48,501 bases of DNA from Candidatus Saccharibacteria bacterium QS_5_54_17 (GCA_003022365.1 PXOU01000011.1:1-48501), one strand, 5' to 3'. Counted from the first letter of the stretch, positions 26,734-37,091 are shown. Translations and numbers: made by a program. Notes: generated by a model not told the origin, from the letters alone.

Positions 26734-27636
26734 ATGGATGAAATTACCCAGTCTGCCGACTCCAGAATGCAGACTTCACGATTTCCCTCGCTAATCGCCA
26801 TTGTGGGCCAAACGGCCAGTGGCAAGTCTGCCGTCGCCGCCGAAGTCGCCCGCCAGTTCAGCGGGGAAATCATCAATGCCGATTCCTGGCAAATTTATAA
26901 GCATATGGACGTCGGTACGGCTAAGCCTTCCCAGCGGGAACGGGAAGAGATTCCACACCACTTGATAGACATCGTGGAACCGGATGCAGAATTTACCGCC
27001 GCCGTCTACAAACGGATGGCGACAGAAGCCATCGAGGACATCGCCTCCCGCGGCAAACTACCCATCATGGTCGGCGGTACGGGGCTGTATATCGACGGCG
27101 TGCTGTTCGATTACAGCTTCGCGCCCCAAGGTTACCCGGGTCAGCGGGAAGCGTTGCGGGAGAAGTCCATACCGGAGCTACTGGAATTAATCCAGCAGCG
27201 CGGCATTGACCTCAGCGGCATCGACACCCGGAACAAGCGCCGGCTGATGCGCTTGCTGGAGACCAACGGCGTCAAGCCGGAACGGGCGGACTTGCGCGGC
27301 AACACGCTGGTGCTGGGCGTCACTACCTCGCGCAACCAACTCCGGGAGAACATCGAAAAGCGCACCGAAGCCATGTTCCGGGCCGGTTTGAAGCACGAAG
27401 TCCGGGAATTGGCGGAGCGCTACGGCTGGCAGGTAGAAGCCATGAAAGGCATCGGCTACCGGGAATTCAAACCGTACTTCGAAGGTGAGCAGTCACTGGC
27501 CGAAACCAAGCGCCAAATCACCAAAAACACCTTGGAACTGGCCAAGAAACAACGCACCTGGTTCAAACGTAACCGGCATATCCAGTGGGTAGAAAGTGTA
27601 GAAGAAGCGAAGGAATCAGCCAGGCAGTTCGTGTAA
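26734..27636 (+). CDS. miaA: tRNA dimethylallyltransferase
   Basis: GQTASGKS, DSWQIYKHMDVGTAKP, VGGTGLY and KKQRTWF motifs. Confidence 0.96.
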   Translation: MDEITQSADSRMQTSRFPSLIAIVGQTASGKSAVAAEVARQFSGEIINADSWQIYKHMDVGTAKPSQREREEIPHHLIDIVEPDAEFTAAVYKRMATEAIEDIASRGKLPIMVGGTGLYIDGVLFDYSFAPQGYPGQREALREKSIPELLELIQQRGIDLSGIDTRNKRRLMRLLETNGVKPERADLRGNTLVLGVTTSRNQLRENIEKRTEAMFRAGLKHEVRELAERYGWQVEAMKGIGYREFKPYFEGEQSLAETKRQITKNTLELAKKQRTWFKRNRHIQWVESVEEAKESARQFV

Positions 27637-27772
27637 GATATGGAACGTATTAATATTGATATTTGCAATCTCCCTTCTGTTTGAATCGCTTAATAACGCC
27701 TTTTTGCAAGGTGGCACCCCGGGAAAACGAATACGAGTAGTTTTTTAGAAAAACCAGATAACTTTTGTATAC

Positions 27773-28336
27773 TCACTTTGTTTTTGGATGGGTTATGTAT
27801 ACCGTTAGGTTGTCTGATGTGAAATATGAAACTGAAGCGAATGTACTTTCCAGTAGCCCGTGGGTTTTTTCATGGTTGACCGCGATAGCTTGTTTTTCCT
27901 CTTCTACTTGTTCGAGCGTCGGCGTGATAATCACGAAAGCCCCATTATTCCTCAACAGTTTCTTTACTTGTTCAATGAATTCTTCAGGGTTTTTGACAAA
28001 GGCGAAAACCAACTTACAGGTAATAAGATCGAATTTCCCGGTACCAAGTTTTCCAGTCGGATCGGACTCGAAATCCATTTCCCTATAGTCGATGTATTTA
28101 CTGGCTGATTTAGCTGCTTTGATTGCTTCCGGCGATATGTCTATACCTGTTACCGAGAACCCCAAGTGATATAACTCTCTGGTAAGTTGTCCGGTTCCAC
28201 AGCCGATATCCAATACATTATTACCATCAATATCTGCTGTTTCGATAATCTGCCGTAGAGTTTGATTTTTAATAAAGCGGTAATCCCTACCACTGTCATA
28301 CATCGAATCCCAAAATGATTTTGTCTCTTGTGGCAT
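27773..28336 (-). CDS. Class I SAM-dependent methyltransferase
   Basis: VLDIGCGTG, GIDIS; start chosen at MPQETK. Confidence 0.88.
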   Translation of the reverse strand: MPQETKSFWDSMYDSGRDYRFIKNQTLRQIIETADIDGNNVLDIGCGTGQLTRELYHLGFSVTGIDISPEAIKAAKSASKYIDYREMDFESDPTGKLGTGKFDLITCKLVFAFVKNPEEFIEQVKKLLRNNGAFVIITPTLEQVEEEKQAIAVNHEKTHGLLESTFASVSYFTSDNLTVYITHPKTK

Positions 28337-28356
28337 ATATTTTCCAAATTGGCGGG

Positions 28357-28632
28357 TTATTCCTGATAAGACACCCAATTTCTTCTTCTTTTTTGTGCTG
28401 ACCTCTGCTCGAATTTTGCTATGATTTTTCCGACCTGTTCTTCGTCAAGGTCTATTCCTTTTTCCAATTGCCGTTTCAGGGCATGTAAACCGTCTTCTTG
28501 GTCGACACTGCCTACGTAGGCGAGTGCGATCAGATAATCCTCATGTATATCGGCCGGGGTTTCAATTTCTGGTATTATCGCGGCTTCGTGGTTAGGCGGT
28601 GGTCCGAGTTCGGACTGAAATTGCTCATGCAT
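28357..28632 (-). CDS. Hypothetical protein
   Basis: RBS AAGGAG before ATG 28632. Confidence 0.6.
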   Translation of the reverse strand: MHEQFQSELGPPPNHEAAIIPEIETPADIHEDYLIALAYVGSVDQEDGLHALKRQLEKGIDLDEEQVGKIIAKFEQRSAQKRRRNWVSYQE

Positions 28633-28704
28633 TTTGTCTCCTTTCGGATTCTTACCCCTAGCATACATCATGCCATAAAGACGAAACCCCTGTACCATCT
28701 TTCA

Positions 28705-28905
28705 TTTGCAAGGACCGTCCTTGCAATCCGGACCCCGCCTGCACTGAGCCTGTCCGCCTTGGGCGGACAAGGTCGAAGTGATCCGGGATCAGTTTCGGAA
28801 CCAGCTCTGAAATAGATCCTGAAATAGATCCTGAAACGGATCCTGAAATAAATTCAGGATGACATCTTCAGGATGACAGTTCTCTTTCGTCGCCCTCTTT
28901 GTCAT
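28705..28905. repeat. REP-like cluster
   Basis: TTGCAAGGACCGTCCTTGCAA palindrome plus GATCCTGAAA units. Confidence 0.85.
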
Positions 28906-28948
28906 TAATCCAGTGATGACGGGCGCCTGATGCTTTATACTGAATGAT

Positions 28949-30271
28949 GTGCATCGGTTAATCGTAATTTGGCTGGGGAAAATGTTACTTTGGGCGACCC
29001 GCCTTCGTGGCGGCGGTTCCGCCTTGCCCGGTTTGGTGGTGGAGAAAATCGCGCCCTCGTTTCTGGAAAACTGCCCCGACCACTTCGATATGACGGTGCT
29101 GGTAGCAGGCACCAACGGCAAAACCACCACCACCAAGATGATGCGCTCAGTACTGGAGTCCGACGGTAGGCAGGTGGTTACCAACGCGGCCGGCAGCAAT
29201 ATGCCCCGAGGCATCATTTCGGCCATCATTGCCCGCATGGATTGGCAGGGGAATCTCCAGGCGGATCTCGGCCTGTTCGAAATCGATGAAGGGTTCGTCG
29301 GCCATGTTGCCAAGGGCTTGGAGCCGCGGGCTATCACGGTGCTGAATTTATTACGCGACCAACTGGACCGCTACGGGGAACTGAACCGGACTGCCCAGTT
29401 GATAGCCGACGCCTTGCCGCATGCGGAGACGGCCATTTTGAACGCCGATGACCCACTGGTGGCCGAGCTTGGGGAAAACGCGGCGCATTCCATATACTTT
29501 GGTGCTGACGAGCACATCCGCAGCCAGGTGCCCCATGACGGGGCCTTACACCAAGCTGATATACACCAGGCTGATGCGACCGGTGACGTCCGGGAAATGG
29601 AAAGCGAAGAAACAGACACGCTGGTGCGGGTGCGCTCCGCTGAAGCGGGGGAAAGTGGTCAGCATCTGGAATTGGACGTGGCGGGCGATGCATGGTCGGT
29701 GGATCTGCAAATGGCGGGCGTGTTTAACGCCTATAACGCCGCGGCCGCGGCCACGCTCGGCTACACGCTCCAAGTGCCGGGGGAAACGGCCGCCAAAGCG
29801 CTGGAATCGGTGGCGCCGGCTTTCGGCCGGAGCGAACGCATCCAAATCGGGGAGAAGCAAGTTACCTTATTACTGGTTAAAAATCCGGCCGGTTTTAACC
29901 AAATTATCGACACCTATTTATCTGGTTCATCCAGTTCACCTGGGGGTAGCGGCATTCCCACCTTGATATCCATCAATGATAATTATGCTGATGGGCGGGA
30001 TGTGTCATGGCTCTGGGACGTGAACATCGAGAAGCTTGCCGGAACCGGGGAGTTCATTACCAGCGGCATCCGCGGTTATGATATGGCGCTCAGGTTGCAC
30101 TATGCCGAAATCGCCTCCCAAACCGAGCTGGAACCGGAGGTCGCCCTGGAGACCTTGCTGGAACGCATTCCCGAAGGCGGGGAAGGCTACATTGTCCCCA
30201 CCTATACGGCCATGCTTCAGTTGCGGAAATTGTTATCCAAATACGCCAGCTTGCCGGAGGCGGGAGAATGA
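28949..30271 (+). CDS. murT: Lipid II isoglutaminyl synthase subunit MurT (Mur ligase plus DUF1727)
   Basis: GSALPG, GTNGKTTT, RDQLDRYGE, KNPAG, DGRDVSWLWD and TYTAML motifs. Confidence 0.95.
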   Translation: MHRLIVIWLGKMLLWATRLRGGGSALPGLVVEKIAPSFLENCPDHFDMTVLVAGTNGKTTTTKMMRSVLESDGRQVVTNAAGSNMPRGIISAIIARMDWQGNLQADLGLFEIDEGFVGHVAKGLEPRAITVLNLLRDQLDRYGELNRTAQLIADALPHAETAILNADDPLVAELGENAAHSIYFGADEHIRSQVPHDGALHQADIHQADATGDVREMESEETDTLVRVRSAEAGESGQHLELDVAGDAWSVDLQMAGVFNAYNAAAAATLGYTLQVPGETAAKALESVAPAFGRSERIQIGEKQVTLLLVKNPAGFNQIIDTYLSGSSSSPGGSGIPTLISINDNYADGRDVSWLWDVNIEKLAGTGEFITSGIRGYDMALRLHYAEIASQTELEPEVALETLLERIPEGGEGYIVPTYTAMLQLRKLLSKYASLPEAGE

Positions 30272-30305
30272 CCAGAGAGGAGGCGGGAGAATGACCAGAG
30301 AGGAG
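30256..30305 (+). repeat. 23-bp tandem duplication at the murT-gatD junction
   Basis: GGAGGCGGGAGAATGACCAGAGA twice. Confidence 0.9.
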
Positions 30306-30313
30306 TCCCGGGC

Positions 30314-31027
30314 GTGAAACTGACCATTACGCATTTGTATCCAGCCGAACTGAACATCTACGGCGACTGGGGGAACATCATCACCTTGCGGAAGCGGCTA
30401 AAGTGGCGTGGCGACACGGTCGAATATCAGCCCATACATATCGGTGATGATTATGATTTCACCCAAACCGACATCGTCTTTGGCGGCGGCGGCCAGGATA
30501 AAGGTCAGATCGCCGCGGCCGATGATCTGGCCGAGCGGGCGCCGAATATACATCGGGCCGTCGAAGAAGGCGTCGTGTTCCTGACCGTCTGCGGCACCTT
30601 CCAACTGTTCGGTAATTCCTTCACCACCGCCACCGGGAGCGAATTACCCGGCGTCGGGGTATTCGACGCCGAAACCGCTGGTTCCCAGGAGCGGTTAACC
30701 GGCAATATGGCCATCCAGACCCGGTGGGGCGAACTGGTCGGCTTTGAGAACCACGGCGGTAAAACCTATCTGAGCGCCGGGCAAAGCGCCTTGGGGCGGG
30801 TCGTCTACGGCAACGGCAATAACGGTGAGGATCGATTTGAAGGTGCCATAGACAAAAATGTATTCGGCACCTATCTACACGGTCCATTGTTACCCAAAAA
30901 CCCCCACTTCACGGATGAGTTGCTGAAGCGAGCCATTGAACGTCGGGGCGGGGATACAGCGCTGGAACCCCTGGATGATTCCCTGGCTGAGCGGGCGGTT
31001 GAGGTTGCCAAGCAGCGACCGCAATAG
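30314..31027 (+). CDS. gatD: Glutamine amidotransferase GatD
   Basis: LNIYGDWGN, GGGQD, VCGTFQ, GFENH and YLHGPLLPKNP motifs. Confidence 0.95.
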   Translation: MKLTITHLYPAELNIYGDWGNIITLRKRLKWRGDTVEYQPIHIGDDYDFTQTDIVFGGGGQDKGQIAAADDLAERAPNIHRAVEEGVVFLTVCGTFQLFGNSFTTATGSELPGVGVFDAETAGSQERLTGNMAIQTRWGELVGFENHGGKTYLSAGQSALGRVVYGNGNNGEDRFEGAIDKNVFGTYLHGPLLPKNPHFTDELLKRAIERRGGDTALEPLDDSLAERAVEVAKQRPQ

Positions 31028-31044
31028 CAGGACAGCCGATCAAT

Positions 31045-31530
31045 CTGAGGATGACGTCTTCGGAATAACAGAGGGTGTAGGAAGGAATAACACTCTTTTA
31101 TTTCCACTTACTCCTTACTCCTTGCTTCCTCTTTCTGTCATCCTGAACTTGTTTCAGGATCGCTTTCAGGGTCATTTCGGCTTGATGGATTCCGGATCGG
31201 GGTCCGGAATGACAGAGGGGTAACATCGTAATAATCGACTCTCTTTTTGTCATCCTGAAGACGTCATCCTGAATTTATTTCAGGATCCGTTTCAGGATCT
31301 ATTTCAAAGCTGATTCCGAAACAAGTTCGCAGTGACAGAGGGGATAACGGAAAAATGTCATCCTGAATTTATTTCAGGATCTATTTCAAAACCAGATTCC
31401 GAACTAAATTCGGAATGACAGAGGGGTAACATCGTAATAACAAACTCTCTTCCTGTCATCCTGAACTTGTTTCAGGATCTATTTCAAAGCTGATTCCGAA
31501 ACTTACTTCTTTCTGCTTGCTTCCTGTTCC
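31045..31530. repeat. Large REP-like cluster
   Basis: Several tandem GTCATCCTGAA..TTCAGGATC..GATTCCGAA units. Confidence 0.9.
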
Positions 31531-31627
31531 AACCATTCCTGCCAGACAGATGGGTAATATCTTATACGCAAAAGTCGCTCAAGTTTGCTACAATGAAGTG
31601 AACACTAATATATGGGAGCTTAAATAG

Positions 31628-32317
31628 GTGATCGAACATTTATTTGGATCAAAAACCCGTGTCAAACTGCTGCACGTATTTTATACCAATCCCAACCGGA
31701 GTTTTTACGTGCGGGAAGTCACCCGGAAGGTGGATGAACAAATTAACTCCGTCCGGCGCGAGCTGTCCAACCTTTTGAGTATCGGCGTGATCCGCTCGGA
31801 TGCCAGCGGCAACAAGGTTTATTATGAAGTTAACCAGGAACATCCGTTTTACCAGTCGCTGCACACCATTTTTACCAACCTGAACGCCGACCAGGAACCC
31901 ACCATTAGTTCGGAAATCGATTCGGCCTCCCGGTTTGCCGCTATCGGCAATGTCGACTACGCGATTTTAAGCGGTATATTCACCCTGGACGCTACCGCGC
32001 CGGTCGATGTCTTGATCGTGGGGAATGTCAATCGGACCAAGTTGGAAAATCTGATCGCTGAGCTGGAAGCCGAAGAAGGGCGTGAACTCCGCTACACGGT
32101 GTTGTCACGGGAACAATACGATTACCGCCGGGATCTCAACGACCGGTTTCTCTCCTCGGTCATGGACTCCAAACATACCGTGGTGGTGGACCGGATCAAC
32201 GTCAAAGTTTCCACCGACCGGGACGGGCAGCAAAACACATCGGATTCCCCGACCAAAAAGAAAGGCGGCAACTCGCCCGGTAAAAAAGGGGCTGCCGCGG
32301 GGAAAACCGGTGAGTAA
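31628..32317 (+). CDS. Winged-helix transcriptional regulator with a nucleotidyltransferase-like C-terminal domain
   Basis: LFGSKTRVKLL..YVREVTR..NSVRREL wHTH; SG..VDVLIVG. Confidence 0.75.
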   Translation: MIEHLFGSKTRVKLLHVFYTNPNRSFYVREVTRKVDEQINSVRRELSNLLSIGVIRSDASGNKVYYEVNQEHPFYQSLHTIFTNLNADQEPTISSEIDSASRFAAIGNVDYAILSGIFTLDATAPVDVLIVGNVNRTKLENLIAELEAEEGRELRYTVLSREQYDYRRDLNDRFLSSVMDSKHTVVVDRINVKVSTDRDGQQNTSDSPTKKKGGNSPGKKGAAAGKTGE

Positions 32318-32405
32318 GCATGTCATCCCGGACCCCGCCCGCACTCAGCAAGGTCGAAGTGATCCGGGACATGATAGGATAAACACAGAAAAGGAGTAAG
32401 AAGCG

Positions 32406-33038
32406 ATGGAATTAACCTACTACGGTGGCGGGTGTGTGCAGATAGCCTTAAAGAAATTGAAAATACTGGTCGATCCGTTAACCGGTGCCTACGGTCCCGA
32501 TCCGAAGACCAAAGCGGACGTGGTGCTCTACACCCAACAACCGGATCGCCCGGCTTCCACCAGCGCCGACGTCACCATTGATTCCCCGGGTGAATATGAG
32601 ATGAAAAATGTCAGTATCGAAGGAGTGGCCGCCCGGCTGCACACTGAGGAAGACGAGTCAAAGCAGAATGGCGCCTCATTTATCATCAGTTCCGGCGGCA
32701 GCAGAGTATTGGTGACCGGTAATATTCACTCCGAACTGTCCGAGAGCCAGATTGAGCAGTTGGACGGGGTGGATGTCATGGTCGTCCCGGTGGGCGGTAA
32801 TGGCCTCACCCTGGATAAAGACGGGGCTGCTTCGGTGGTACGTCAATTTACGCCGGACGCGGTGGTACCGGTCCATTATGATGACGGTGTTACCGACTAT
32901 CCGGTGCCGCAAACGGGCGTTGATGAGTTCTTGGGAGAAATGGGCGCTTCTGACCGCGAACCTCAAAATAGTATGAAAGTCAGCGGGCGGGACAGCAACG
33001 AAGAAGTCCAGGTGGTGCAGTTGGCGGTGCAGAAATAG
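32406..33038 (+). CDS. MBL-fold protein (metal motif degenerate)
   Basis: ILVDP, PGEYE, VPVGG and VVPVHY motifs; no HxHxDH. Confidence 0.75.
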   Translation: MELTYYGGGCVQIALKKLKILVDPLTGAYGPDPKTKADVVLYTQQPDRPASTSADVTIDSPGEYEMKNVSIEGVAARLHTEEDESKQNGASFIISSGGSRVLVTGNIHSELSESQIEQLDGVDVMVVPVGGNGLTLDKDGAASVVRQFTPDAVVPVHYDDGVTDYPVPQTGVDEFLGEMGASDREPQNSMKVSGRDSNEEVQVVQLAVQK

Positions 33039-33039
33039 T

Positions 33040-33226
33040 CAGTAGACAGGAGACGGTAGAAGGTAGACAGGGAACAGGGAACAGGGAGCAGGGAGCAGGG
33101 AGCAAGTGGGAAAATGCACATCCTCTCTGTCATTCCGGACCCCGATCCGGAATCCATTAATCCGACATGATCCTGAAATAGATCCTGAAACAAGCCTGCC
33201 TGCCGGCAGGCAGGTTCAGGATGACA
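33040..33226. repeat. Heptamer repeats plus REP-like cluster
   Basis: agtagac/gggaaca/gggagca heptads and GTCAT units. Confidence 0.85.
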
Positions 33227-33235
33227 GGAACTGAG

Positions 33236-33457
33236 CTACTTTTCTTCGCTTTTGGCCGGTAACGGTTGGTAACGGCCCTGCTTCTTGAGGGTGCGAAGGC
33301 CTTGGGAGCTGATTTTCATGGTGACTTTTTCGCCATCGAGCAGGAAGGTTTGCTTATGTACGTTGGGCTTCCACTGGCGCTTGGTGCGGCGCTGTGAAAA
33401 ACTGACATTGTGCCCGCGCTGAACGCCTTTGCCGGTAACCTGGCATTTCCGTGCCAT
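33236..33457 (-). CDS. rpmB: 50S ribosomal protein L28
   Basis: MARKCQVTGK..GHNVSFSQRRTKRQWKPN. Confidence 0.96.
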   Translation of the reverse strand: MARKCQVTGKGVQRGHNVSFSQRRTKRQWKPNVHKQTFLLDGEKVTMKISSQGLRTLKKQGRYQPLPAKSEEK

Positions 33458-33639
33458 ACTGGGAGAAACTCCTGTTGATTGCTTACTAAGTTTATATACT
33501 AGCGACGTGCGACGGTATAGTCAAATGATGTTCTCCCGCCCACTCCCCGCAACCGGTTACCGGCTTGATGGGAATATAGAAAGTCGGGGCAAATTATTAA
33601 CAAAGCGCCGGTGGGGCTTTTACCTAGCTCACTTTGTAA

Positions 33640-33770
33640 TGTCATCCCGGACTCCGATCCGGGATCAGTTTCGTATGTCACTGCGAATTTAGTTCGGAAT
33701 CGACTCTGAAATAGATCCTGAAATAAATTCAGGATGACAAAAGAAAGTGTGACATCTTCGCAGTGACAAA
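33640..33770. repeat. REP-like cluster
   Basis: Same unit families. Confidence 0.8.
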
Positions 33771-33916
33771 GCGGCTAGGCATGAATAACACTCTCTTCCT
33801 ATAGCCTTACTTAACCTGGGCAAACGCCAGCGGCAATCCCGATTCCGGTGCAGCAATCCCTGGCGCGCCAGGTTGGGTTCGCGCGTCCCGCCCGGTATGC
33901 GTTATACTAATGTCCT

Positions 33917-34582
33917 ATGGGTTCGGCCACCATCATCGGTCTTATCGGGATTTTCGGGACGCTGGCGATTTCCGCCACGTTGCATGAGTTCATGCACGGG
34001 TATGTGGCGCATCGGCTGGGCGATAACACGGCCAAGTACAGCGGTCGATTAACGCTCAATCCGCTGGCACACGTGGATCCGTTCGCCACCGTCTTGCTGC
34101 CGATCATTCTGTTCATCATCGGGGCGCCGTTGTTCGCGGCGGCCAAGCCGGTCCCCTTCAATCCCAGTAATTTTAGGAACGGCGAAACCGGGCTGGCGAT
34201 GGTTTCGCTGGCCGGACCACTGACCAATCTAGTGTTGGCGATTATGGGCGGTGTACTCTTTCAAGCCCTGAGTCTGGGGATCGCGGTCACCTACATTCTG
34301 GCGGTATTCATTCTGTTAAATATCGGTCTGTTCGTCTTTAATATGATCCCGTTCCCGCCGCTGGACGGCTCGCGCCTGTTGTACGTACTAGCGCCGGAAA
34401 GCGTTCGCCGTTTTATGCAAACCATAGAATCGGGGGGCATATTTTCCATCGGCATTCTGATATTGATCCTGTTCCCGCTGGGGCTGGGATCTCTGCTGGG
34501 GGAGGCCATCACAGTAGTTTCCCAGTGGATAACCGGCACCGATCTGCCTCGAGTGTTGGTCCAATTGCAACAGTTACTGTAG
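33917..34582 (+). CDS. Site-2 protease (M50 family)
   Basis: HEFMH, AGPLTN and NMIPFPPLDG motifs. Confidence 0.93.
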   Translation: MGSATIIGLIGIFGTLAISATLHEFMHGYVAHRLGDNTAKYSGRLTLNPLAHVDPFATVLLPIILFIIGAPLFAAAKPVPFNPSNFRNGETGLAMVSLAGPLTNLVLAIMGGVLFQALSLGIAVTYILAVFILLNIGLFVFNMIPFPPLDGSRLLYVLAPESVRRFMQTIESGGIFSIGILILILFPLGLGSLLGEAITVVSQWITGTDLPRVLVQLQQLL

Positions 34583-34764
34583 CGCCTCCCGAAACCCGGC
34601 CGCTTGACGAATAATCTCCCGGAATCACGGCCGTTTGGTGAGCGGGGCGGTGGCATAAAAAAGCTCGAGCCCGGCGCTACGTGATCAGTAGTGGCAGGTG
34701 CTAATCCTTAACCGAGGGTTTAAGTGCACTGTTAACCGAGTCGCGATTCGTGCTATAATACGGG

Positions 34765-34931
34765 TGTTCCCGAGGAACGGAACCTGAGGCAATGTTTTCC
34801 TGATTAAAAGTTTCAAAGGGAGTCCAACATCAGGCGGAACTGGTGATTCGTTCACGGTTTCGTGCTTGCGGACACCCACCTGTCATACGGCGGGAAGAAA
34901 CTGCCCTGGTAGCCGAACTCGGGAACTTTTT
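34765..34931 (+). ncRNA. ssrS: 6S RNA (SsrS)
   Basis: Follows TGCTATAAT; closing stem GTTCCCGAG/CTCGGGAAC; GGGAG and CACCCACCTG..GCGGG motifs as in Firmicutes-type 6S RNAs. Confidence 0.72.
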
Positions 34932-35167
34932 ATTACTCGCCACACAGCAACGTTTTTACTCACCACATGAGGAATCACCGGAAACCGGTAAATAAAGCGG
35001 TAGAAAACCGGTAAGTTTATTACCGGTTTAGACAATCGCCTCTTTGCTTCCAAGTGACATGTCCCGTTGATCATGGTTCATTTCTTGGTTGCCGGCTTTC
35101 ATGGGTACGAGGAAATACTCTATACTGCGGGCACTGGGGATTAATGCCCCGGTTCTGGATTTCATTT

Positions 35168-35244
35168 CGGGGTGTGGCGCAGTCAGGTAGCGCGTACGGC
35201 TGGGGGCCGTAAGGGCACCGGTTCAAATCCGGTCACCCCGACCA
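35168..35244 (+). tRNA. tRNA-Pro(GGG)
   Basis: Acceptor stem CGGGGTG/CACCCCG; anticodon arm TACGG-CTGGGGG-CCGTA; GGTTCAAATCC; encoded CCA. Confidence 0.95.
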
Positions 35245-35425
35245 TCCGCCGTCGCTCAACCCTTGCGGTTGAGCTATGGCGGATCCGTCAGCGGTAGCTG
35301 ACGATTTGAATCGGACATTTTGCGAAGCAAAATCGGTTCAGGCGCCAAGGAGCAGCGCGCACCCGTGCCTTGCAAGGTACGGGGAGCACTGCGACTGCGC
35401 ATCGCCCGCCGTCAGGCGGGCACTT

Positions 35426-35443
35426 ATCCGGTCACCCCGACCA
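35426..35443 (+). repeat. Direct repeat of the tRNA-Pro 3' end
   Basis: ATCCGGTCACCCCGACCA is identical to 35227-35244. Confidence 0.9.
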
Positions 35444-35564
35444 GGAAATTTACGACTGCCGACAGGTGGTCGTAAGCTTCCTGAATCAGCGATAGCTGAC
35501 ATTTGAACCGTTTATTTTGCCAAGCAAAATCGGTTCAGGCGCCAAGGAATAGTGTCCTTGTGCC

Positions 35565-35740
35565 ACGGATTCTGAAACAGATCCTGAAACAAGTTCAGGA
35601 TGACATTTCAGGTGGGATGATCCTGAAACTGATCCCGGATCACTTCGACCTTGTCCGCCCAAGGCGGACAGGCTCAGTGCGGGCGGGGTCATAGCCTGTC
35701 CTGAACTTGTTTCAGGAATGACGTCTTCAGGATGACAAAT
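35565..35740. repeat. REP-like cluster
   Basis: Same unit families. Confidence 0.85.
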
Positions 35741-35910
35741 ATGCACTCGATTATCACCCGAACACCCTGTTAGATAAAAACCTCATGTCATCGAAGGCAA
35801 ACACTTCTTGTGTTTTGCCAAGATGTGATACACTAGCAGGGAAATGTAACCGGTCCGGCCCAAACTGACCGGAAAAGAGGGCGGGCCGAAAGAGAGGATA
35901 TGCGGAGGAT

Positions 35911-37011
35911 ATGCGCCGCGCCGAGCACATAAAGTACTTGCCAGTAATAATCCTATTGCTGCCGGTGGCCGTTATGCTTATGGGCGCCGGCCTGCCCGAA
36001 GTAAAGGCACAGTCGGACAACAGCGGCCAACCCCAGGAAGGCCAATCCCAGGAAGGGCGCGGCCAGGGGATCGAAATATCGCCGCCCCGGCTGCAAATTG
36101 ATGCCGACCCGGGCGAGACCGTTACGACCGAGATCAAAGTCCGCAACATCACTGATCTCAACATGCGCGTGGAGAGCACCGTGAATGATTTCGTGGCCGG
36201 TAATAAAAGCGGCGAGCCGCGAATTTTGTTCGGCGACGAAGAGTCACCGTATCCGCTCAAAAAATACATCAGCGACGTTCCCAGTTTAACCCTGGAGCCC
36301 AAAGAGCGCCGCGCGGTGACAATAGAGATCAATGTACCCGATGACGCGGCACCCGGCGGACACTTCGGGCTGGTACAGTTCAAGGGTGTTCCCGCCGGTA
36401 ATGAGGATCAATCGAGCCAGGTCAACGTGGCGGCAAGTGTGGGAACCTTGATTCTGCTGAGTGTGTCAGGTGAGATCGAGGAGCAAATGGTGGTGGACCG
36501 CTTGGCGGTTTCCCAGGATGGAAACAGGGGCAGCTTTTTCGAGAATGGTCCCTTTACGCTGATAACCGAATTGGATAATACCGGCAATGTCCACCTGGAA
36601 CCCACGGGAAGTTTGACCATTACCAATCTGTTCGGCCAGGAAGTGGCCGGGGCGGCATTCAACAAAAACAAGGGCAACGTATTACCCGGCAAGATCCGGC
36701 GATTCGAAAATGCCTTCGGGGAAAAAGATCGGTGGGTCGGCCGATATACCGCCACGGCTCAGCTGCAGTACGGCTCGGATAACACGGTCTTAAAAGAACA
36801 AGTGGCCTTCTGGGTAATCCCCTATAAAATCATCGGCATTATACTTCTGATGCTGGCAGCGATTATCTTCTTTGGCCGGCGGGCGCTCACCGCCTACAAA
36901 CGCAATATCCTCCGCCAGTATCAACAGCAACAGCAAAATAGCGACCGCTCAGCCAATTCCGATACCGACGACGATAACCGCCGCAGCGACCAGCATCCGC
37001 CGGGGGAATAA
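35911..37011 (+). CDS. Secreted, membrane-anchored DUF916/DUF3324-like (WxL-interacting or chaperone-like) protein
   Basis: Signal peptide, ISPP..PGE..V.N, NTGNVH, C-terminal transmembrane helix. Confidence 0.65.
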   Translation: MRRAEHIKYLPVIILLLPVAVMLMGAGLPEVKAQSDNSGQPQEGQSQEGRGQGIEISPPRLQIDADPGETVTTEIKVRNITDLNMRVESTVNDFVAGNKSGEPRILFGDEESPYPLKKYISDVPSLTLEPKERRAVTIEINVPDDAAPGGHFGLVQFKGVPAGNEDQSSQVNVAASVGTLILLSVSGEIEEQMVVDRLAVSQDGNRGSFFENGPFTLITELDNTGNVHLEPTGSLTITNLFGQEVAGAAFNKNKGNVLPGKIRRFENAFGEKDRWVGRYTATAQLQYGSDNTVLKEQVAFWVIPYKIIGIILLMLAAIIFFGRRALTAYKRNILRQYQQQQQNSDRSANSDTDDDNRRSDQHPPGE

Positions 37012-37091
37012 CATTTCCGCCTCGCCCCGCGGGTTCAATTGTGCTGCTGGCCTGGTCTCAGGTACAGTATTGAAAACGGACTATACCAGCG

